NCBI GenBank assembly: GCA_001599295.1
Contig: BCGN01000002.1
Span: 1,550,001 to 1,614,000 of the forward strand
Origin: Sporopachydermia quercuum
Taxonomy: Eukaryota
Length of the DNA: 64,000 nt
Reading direction: 5' to 3'
This document shows, piece by piece, positions 57,111-64,000 of the stretch. Each line of letters starts with the position of its first letter. The first letter of the stretch is position 1. The position numbers were made by a program, and so were the translations under genes. The notes under the pieces are model-generated. The model did not search any database. It had not been told where the DNA came from and saw nothing but the letters and a program-made list of their open reading frames with translations.

Positions 57111-60100
57111 TTAATATACATTATCAATAACACGAATCATCTTCGCAAAGGGTAGTAAAACGCGTTGCATTTCCCGATTTTTAGAAGTAGCTAAAAGAAC
57201 AGCTTTCAGAAGATCATGCTTACTATGACCACATAGTTTAGGATCCCAGCTAGGAGCTTCATTCTCGATTTCAGCCGATATCTGTTGTTTATTATTGGAA
57301 TCGTTCACATTGCTGTGAGTCATCTCTATATCATCTTCTTCGTCTTCAGCGTCGTCACTTATATCTTCAGGACTTTGAGTTGAAAGTAATATAGATGGGC
57401 CTAACAACTCGGTGCACAGTTCCTGTAACCTTCGTTTCATACCTTCCTCCGCTAGTCTTCTGGCGTAGGAAATCAACAGCTGCTTTAATTCTTCACCTTC
57501 TTGTAAGACAATGGTCGCGCCTAACCTATTTTCCAGATGTGCTATTGAAACTACTGATTCCAATCCTTCAAATCCTTCCCTCATTAGCATGGCTTTAGCA
57601 ACACGTTGTAGCATTTTGGCTCTTCCTTTCCTAACATACTCTTCATTAGTCTTACGTTCAATTGTTTCAACTGTACTGTCTTTAGAGCTATTGCTTCCCG
57701 ACAATGTATCCCAATAGTAAGAACCAAAGGCCCACCAAGTATCACTGACTCTTTGCCAACATTTCAAATTCCCATTAAATACATATCCTGAACCATTACT
57801 AAGAGTTATGATGGCACATCCTCTTCCAGTTACTCCACAAAGTGTGATACTATCGCCACGATAAAGTCCTGTATCTGCATAGTGTCTTGCTGCAGATTCT
57901 AATAAGGGAGCAATCGACACTGGAGAATGGATCGCTTTTCTTTTCACAATATCCCAAAGATACATTAATCCAGTACACGTGACAGCTAGCAGAAAGTTTT
58001 TGTTGTTCTCTAAAAACGATAAGGGTGCCCCTAGGACCATTGGTGGTAATATTTTACGACCCGCAGGGGAATACACATGGATAGTACCTGAATCAGTTGC
58101 TACAGACCAAAACAAGTTTTGAGTTCCTGTAGCTAAGGATACATAATGCGGAATAAAATCATGAAATACTGGTTTAGAGTTCGTCACTACTGTGATCTTT
58201 GTTGGAACTTGCTCGGACCCTGTTCCATTACGGACTTCAATGAAGCTATCATCGTGATTTCTCAAATTTTCACCCATTTTGAAATATGCTCTAATTCTAG
58301 GGGTAGCAATACGGACATTTGACGAAGCAACTGAAGGATTAATTAACGCTGACCCAATAAACTCATAAACTTCAGTTTGGTTAGCTAGAGAAGCTTTCTT
58401 TTGAGGTTGCGAGTCACCATTTATTCCTTCAATTGCTTTCCGTTTTGCAATTATTGATGTTGTGTCTTTGGTTAACGCATGTGATGCTTTTGAAAATCTC
58501 ATTTCTGTTGCCACATTACTGTTGGAAACTTTTGAAACCGAGCTTCCTGTAGATGTCAAAGTCTTTGAAGATGATCCAGAGTTTGATGGTTTAGAGCCAG
58601 TGGAGATTAAAGTAGGCTCAATTCTTTTCTTCCCTGATTTNATCTCAATACTGTTCACTTTGTTTTTCGGATCTGTCTTATCGGAACTTTTATTCTCTAC
58701 CGTTTTAGTTTTCGATCGACTTTTTTCCAATGTTGGTTTTGTATTTGTTTCTTTCGCGCCATCTTTACTNGTTGTTTCTTCAATCGGTGTAGCTCTGCCT
58801 TCGGTTATAATTTCAATCTCAGGCTCTTTCTCGTCAGTACTAAATTTTGGATCATAGTTATGTAGTTCTTCGTGCTTATGGCTCTCTAATTGTTCCTCCA
58901 AAAGTCTTGAATCGCTTATTCTTCCGATTTCCATATTATCAAGCAATAGCACTGTTAAAACACCTTCTAAAGAGGCCACAGACAGAGAACTTCCATCCGG
59001 ACTCCATACTAAGTCGGTTATTGAATTGTGACAAATATTGAGGGCTACTAATAATGGCCTGGGATTAAGAGTATTCCAAATAACCAGAGATCTATCCTGA
59101 CCAGCAGTAGCGATTACAGTGAAAGGGTTAGATACTCTATTAGAAGCATCGACGATCTCATATAAGTTGGGATTGAACGCAGCAACATCACAAGCCTTTG
59201 AATGACCAATCAAAGAAATTTCTGAGTCCCATGTACCAGTGTTCATAATAGCAACCACAGGTAATTTACCATTCGTTGAATTTGGAACTGCAATATGGTT
59301 GCCATCTGGAGACCAAGAACATCGTCGATACAAAACACTGCTTTTCTTCGTTGGTTCTAAATTTCGCTGTGATAATTCCTTTGATCCATTAATTCCTGTA
59401 TCGTCAGCTTCTGGTCTCATAAAAAAGCTTTCAACACATTTAACGTGGTCAATTGAGAGTTTTTCCCTATCTAGCCACTTGTATTTATAAATCTCTAAAG
59501 TTGGATCTGTTGATATGATTATGAATTGATTTGCTGGATCAACTAGTGTTCCTCGTATAATGGTTGGTAATGGCTTTGCTTCAATCATTAATGCTATAAT
59601 TCGTGCGAAGAAAAACATCAAAGTAGCAAAATGTTAGTTATAGTCCAATGATCAAAATGAACCCAAAGTCTGGTCCAATAAACATATGTCCAAGAATGAA
59701 ATGAAAAAAATGCAACTTACACATTGTAAAAACATTGTATATTCGAACTTTCCTTTCCAAACCCCCTGAAACAATCATTCTTGAATCGGGACTCCAAGCC
59801 AGATCCGTCACGGCTTCTTTTGACTCTTTAAATACATGTCGCAACTGTAGAAGATCATTGTTTGTTGTGCTCTTTTTGTTGTATTTCCAAATTTTGAGAG
59901 TGCAATCTTCAGAAGCAGAAGCAAACCATTTGCCTGTTGGTGAAAACCGTATGGACCTAACAGGACCATCATGAGCTTCTAATATTAAAAAAGGCTTGAT
60001 ACTTGACTTGGAACTCGGATCCTCATTAACATTCTTTATATCAGAGTCTTTGAAAATTACTACTGACCCATCTATCATTCGTTGTTAGAAACTCTTGAAT

Positions 60101-60376
60101 GAATTTATATAGTAAAGAAATAAACAAACAAATAGAAAAACAAAAAAAGGATAGTTCCGTTTGATTAGAAACTTGACATTTCGCGTGAAGTAAAACTTAC
60201 TATGGCAGCCTATCGCTACATGGAGACCATCGACAGAGTATGTTGTTGAATATATAGTTGAGTCTCCATTTGAAGCATCTATTGAAACGTTAGTGTTAAT
60301 TCACCTAGTTTGAATAACAATAGTAGACGTTGTACTTACCTTGATCCAAAAAATTGGGAATTTTTATTATCCTCAT
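57111..60376 (-). CDS. HIR2: HIR complex histone chaperone (HIRA family), 982 aa; exons 60340-60376, 60201-60278, 59721-60071, 57111-59593
   Basis: WD40 repeats, YRRCSWSPDG..IAVPN, B-motif GKKRIEPTLIS, Hira domain (MREGFEGLESVVSIAHLENR). Three GTAAGT..CTAAC..TAG introns in phase. The diverged N-terminus and divergent pairing with CKB2 favour HIR2 over HIR1. Confidence 0.87.
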
Positions 60377-61206
60377 CGTTTTCTTCCGTCGATTTCGCTA
60401 CGTTCACGGTCTATCGGAAAATTATAGTGTATCAATATGTACATAAGCCATTGAATTCTTTATTAACTCTTCTTGAAGCAGAACTTCTCCTAGGATAATA
60501 AAAATAAATCCCTTCACGGTTTTAATATAGGTTTCCAAGAGCCAGATTGATCGGCTCCTCTTATTATTGCTATTAAGATTCGATAGATGAATGAATAATG
60601 CACTAATATAACCATTTGTTCACTGAGCATGGCCACACTGAACAGTTCTTCATCAAATTCTTCTTGATAACAATTTATTTAGATCTAGCACAATCATCAA
60701 TAAACAGTTATGATTTTATTTCTCCAGAAGAGACTAGCAAAGGATTCTTCGTGTTTTACTGAGATTGAATCAACTTGGTTATTTGCAAATCTGGTAGAGC
60801 CAGAATGATGTCTGAGAAGAGATATAGGGATTATGGATTACATAATATTTTTCTTAGTTGACCGTTAGAAAGCGGAAATTATACATCAAAGAATCATAGT
60901 TTCCGTCTCAAAACACATTTACTAACTATTTCTCCTCAGTCCCAGTTCCAATTGCAATTTCATTTCTAGTGTTTAGAGCCTTCAAATGTATCAACTTGCG
61001 ACTTTAACAGCTGGATGTCAAAAAGATCTGTAGCTTGTGACTGATTTACTATAAATATTTGATATTAGTAAAAGGTGGCATATATTTGGTTCATATCCAC
61101 GTTTGATTTTGGGGAAGCTAGTAACAATCTCATTTGTTATTTGCCTTCATAGGTTCCATAAAGTCAAGATTGTTGATGTTTCCTAACACATAATATAGTT
61201 ACAATC

Positions 61207-62197
61207 ATGTCTAATACAACTGGAGGTGAGGTGTATTCCAGTGGTTCCAGCACTGATTTAAGCGGTATGATTGAAATTTGTTTCTTTTTTATCAATTCAA
61301 TTTTCTTATACGTTGTTTTGTTGAAACTCTGATGCTAACTATTAATTCAAGAGTATTGGATGGACTGGTTTCTAGCAGCAAAAGGGAATGAGTATTTTTG
61401 TGATATAGATATAGATTATATAACAGACAGGTTTAACCTGACTGGATTGAATGCAGAAACAGACCATCTGTCGTTAGCTATTGATGTGATTACAGATAAT
61501 CTAAGTAAGTTCGTGATGGTTACTTGAAAGATTGTTGAGAAATATTAGACTAATAAGAATACTAACCTAAGTAGCGGAGGAGTTTTCGGCAGATATAAAG
61601 GATCAGATTGATTCAACAGCAAGATACGTATACGGGTTAATTCATGCTAGATTTATTATCACATCTCGTGGCTTACAAAAGATGTTTGATAAATATCGGC
61701 ATGGGGATTTCGGATACTGTCCTAGGGTTCATTGCAGTTTACAACCTTTGCTACCTGTCGGATTGAATGACCAGCCTAATGTTTCATCGGTCAAACTATA
61801 TTGTGTGAAGTGTGAAGATCTATATAATCCCAAATCACCAAGACATCAAGCTATAGATGGCGCATTTTTTGGAAAATCATTCCCGGCAATGTTCTTTCAA
61901 GTTTATAAACATCTAGTTCCAGCACATCCTGTTGAAAGGTTCGTACCCAAGATATTTGGCTTTAAGATGCACGATTATGCAAATTTAGCTAGGTGGCAAG
62001 AGAAGAAGCGCAGGGAACTTAATAAAAAACTGACAACCGTTTATGGTTTACAAACAGAGAATACGCCTGGTGGCTATTTATTGCCGGACGTCGTGACCAG
62101 CAGTAGCAATGAAAAGAAGAAATTTAAAACTAGTGACAACAAAACAACCCCATCCAGTAGTCATAAGACGAGTGGAAGGAAGGAACCTACTAAGTAA
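61207..62197 (+). CDS. CKB2: Casein kinase II regulatory beta' subunit; exons 61207-61264, 61352-61504, 61575-62197
   Basis: YWMDWFL..KGNEYFCDID.DYITDRFNLTGL, YGLIHARFI, zinc ribbon CPRVHC..CVKC, IDGAFFG, PKIFGFK. Introns 61265-61351 and 61505-61574. Confidence 0.93.
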
Positions 62198-62362
62198 TTT
62201 TATGATTTATGTACTAATTAAGATTGAGCTAGTCAATATTATAAAGATATATGAATGATTATATTAGCATCGTTCGTACTTTTTGGATCGAAATGATATT
62301 GTTCTGATAGCAAGAATATCACTTAACACTCAAATAGGTTGCCAATAATTAGCATAACAAAA

Positions 62363-63394
62363 TTACTCAAGCTTTCCCTTTTTAATAACAAATCCTTCTA
62401 AGGCAGCAATTGCAGCATACAATCTGTTTTCAGCTTCAGGGAATACTACAGATCTATCAGAGTAAAAAACTTCGTCGGCAACTTCTTCCTGATGTCTAGG
62501 TAAACAATGCATGAAAATCCAGTTTTCATTTGCTCCACCTTTTTTAGCAAGATCATTCGTAATTCTGAAACCATCGAATTCTTTGACTTTTTGTTGAGTC
62601 TCAGCCTCTTGACCCATAGATATCCAGGTGTCAGTAACTAAAATGTCAGCATTCTTAACAGCTTCCAGAGGATCGTGAGTAGTTTCAAATCTAGCATTTG
62701 TCTTTTCGCCAATTTCCTTGGCAACAATTCCAATTTCTGAGTCAAAATTGTAGGCAGGAGGTGTAGCAACACTTACATTTATACCTGATTTTACACATGC
62801 AATAGCCAAATCATTAATAACGTTATTGGCATCACCAATCCAAGCCAATTTCAATTTTCCATCAACTTGAGATTCTGGNTTTATTCCAAATGCTTCTTTT
62901 ATAGTAAGTATATCGGTGATAGCTTGAAGTGGGTGATAATTATCACACAAAGCATTAATGACAGGAACAGATGATGATTCAGCTAATTCAGCAATCTCAG
63001 CATGTTTGCCAACTCGAGCAACAATACATGATACCATTGACGAAATCACACGGGACGTATCATAAAGAGTTTCATTGACACCAAGTTGAATATCGTCCTT
63101 ACCCAAAAACATAGGCAGTCCCCCAAAATATTGAACTGCACCTTCTGTAGAGACTCTGGTTCTAGTAGATCTTTTGGAAAAAATCAAAGCAACTGTCTTA
63201 GCTGCCAAGGATACCTTTGGTGCTACTGCATCTGATTTGATCAGTGCCTTATGCTTAGCTGCCGATGAAACAAGAGCAGCTAACTCAGACGAACTAAGAT
63301 CTTGTATCGACAGAAGATGTCGAGGTTTGGTCCCAGTAGATAGAAATCGGCGACTTATTGGTAGCGTCATCTTTGAACAATATCGAAAACTCAT
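62363..63394 (-). CDS. ARG3: Ornithine carbamoyltransferase with a mitochondrial presequence
   Basis: FSKRSTRTR, HPLQAITD, DTWISMG, HCLP, EAENR. Confidence 0.97.
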   Translation of the reverse strand: MSFRYCSKMTLPISRRFLSTGTKPRHLLSIQDLSSSELAALVSSAAKHKALIKSDAVAPKVSLAAKTVALIFSKRSTRTRVSTEGAVQYFGGLPMFLGKDDIQLGVNETLYDTSRVISSMVSCIVARVGKHAEIAELAESSSVPVINALCDNYHPLQAITDILTIKEAFGIXPESQVDGKLKLAWIGDANNVINDLAIACVKSGINVSVATPPAYNFDSEIGIVAKEIGEKTNARFETTHDPLEAVKNADILVTDTWISMGQEAETQQKVKEFDGFRITNDLAKKGGANENWIFMHCLPRHQEEVADEVFYSDRSVVFPEAENRLYAAIAALEGFVIKKGKLE

Positions 63395-63821
63395 TATCGA
63401 GAATGTTGGCTAGACGTAAAAAAAAGCTTCCCTGAATTACTCTGATACAAATTTCTTATATGCTACGTGATAAATAAAGTATTAGAAAGTACATACTCTT
63501 CTTAAATAATAAGAAGAATAGGGGGAGCTTTTTACAACTCGGTGCCTGAATCGCTTCCGACACCCAATTTAGTCCCCAGGCAAAGAAGATCATTATTAAC
63601 TTTCACTTTTCAATCTATCAATTGGAGAAGAGCTGTGATTGTTTCTCACATTATTGTTGTCCGGATATATGTCCTATCTGTTAGGAGTCCTTGCGTACTT
63701 CAAGTATATTTGTATACCAGTAACCAGACCGTTAGTAAGTTTCATCGTACCGGTTCATGGACAGTAGTTCGGTTTCTTGTTCGCGAAACAGCGTTACGCT
63801 TCCTCCACCTAAAGAAAGCCG

Positions 63822-63830
63822 ATGAGTCAT
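63822..63830. promoter_or_regulatory. Gcn4/AP-1 consensus site ATGAGTCAT upstream of ARG3
   Basis: Perfect ATGA(G/C)TCAT about 430 bp upstream of an amino-acid biosynthesis gene. Confidence 0.55.
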
Positions 63831-64000
63831 TATAGGAACGATAGTTTGTCGCTAATACTATAATTATTTGATTGCGGTATATATGAGAGGACATTCGACA
63901 TATCTTCCGTATTAAAGTTCCATAAATTTACTGAAATTTCAGTTACTCAAATGCTGTGAAGCTGTTGAGTTTCAAAAGCCGAAACGGAATCAGCACAATA

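Noticed and set aside
1..64000. Many short antisense or overlapping ORFs in the track; search for tRNA, rRNA, LTR/transposase and CRISPR
   Set aside because: The overlapping ORFs are shadows of real genes. I saw no A/B-box cloverleaf, rRNA sequence, terminal repeats or repeat-spacer array by eye; tRNAscan-SE and Rfam would be needed to exclude small RNAs.

Overview
AT-rich nuclear DNA from a budding yeast (Saccharomycotina). It uses the standard genetic code and is probably from an early-diverging lineage, because it keeps a velvet gene, a MABP1/WDR62-like gene, a Gma12-type GT34 and many introns. I can support 25 protein-coding genes: SMF1 (partial), HRP1, SKY1, CWC27, RSM22, a GT34 glycosyltransferase, APA1/2, QCR7, LRE1, PBN1, SPB1, a PMT1-like gene, MED21, VMA22, a GIC-like CRIB protein, a MABP1-like WD40 protein, CCC2, CIA1, CYC2, velB, MSW1, an SPR28-like septin, HIR2, CKB2 and ARG3. 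Eight of them are split by 19 spliceosomal introns that I reconstructed by hand; the ORF track truncates or hides these genes, especially VMA22, velB and the septin. The window keeps long gene-order blocks that match the interleaved pre-WGD order of S. cerevisiae sister regions (recalled from memory, to be verified). A VelB velvet regulator and a six-intron sporulation-type septin sit inside one such block and are the best candidates for an uncharacterised developmental system. I found no tRNA, rRNA, transposon or CRISPR that I can support.
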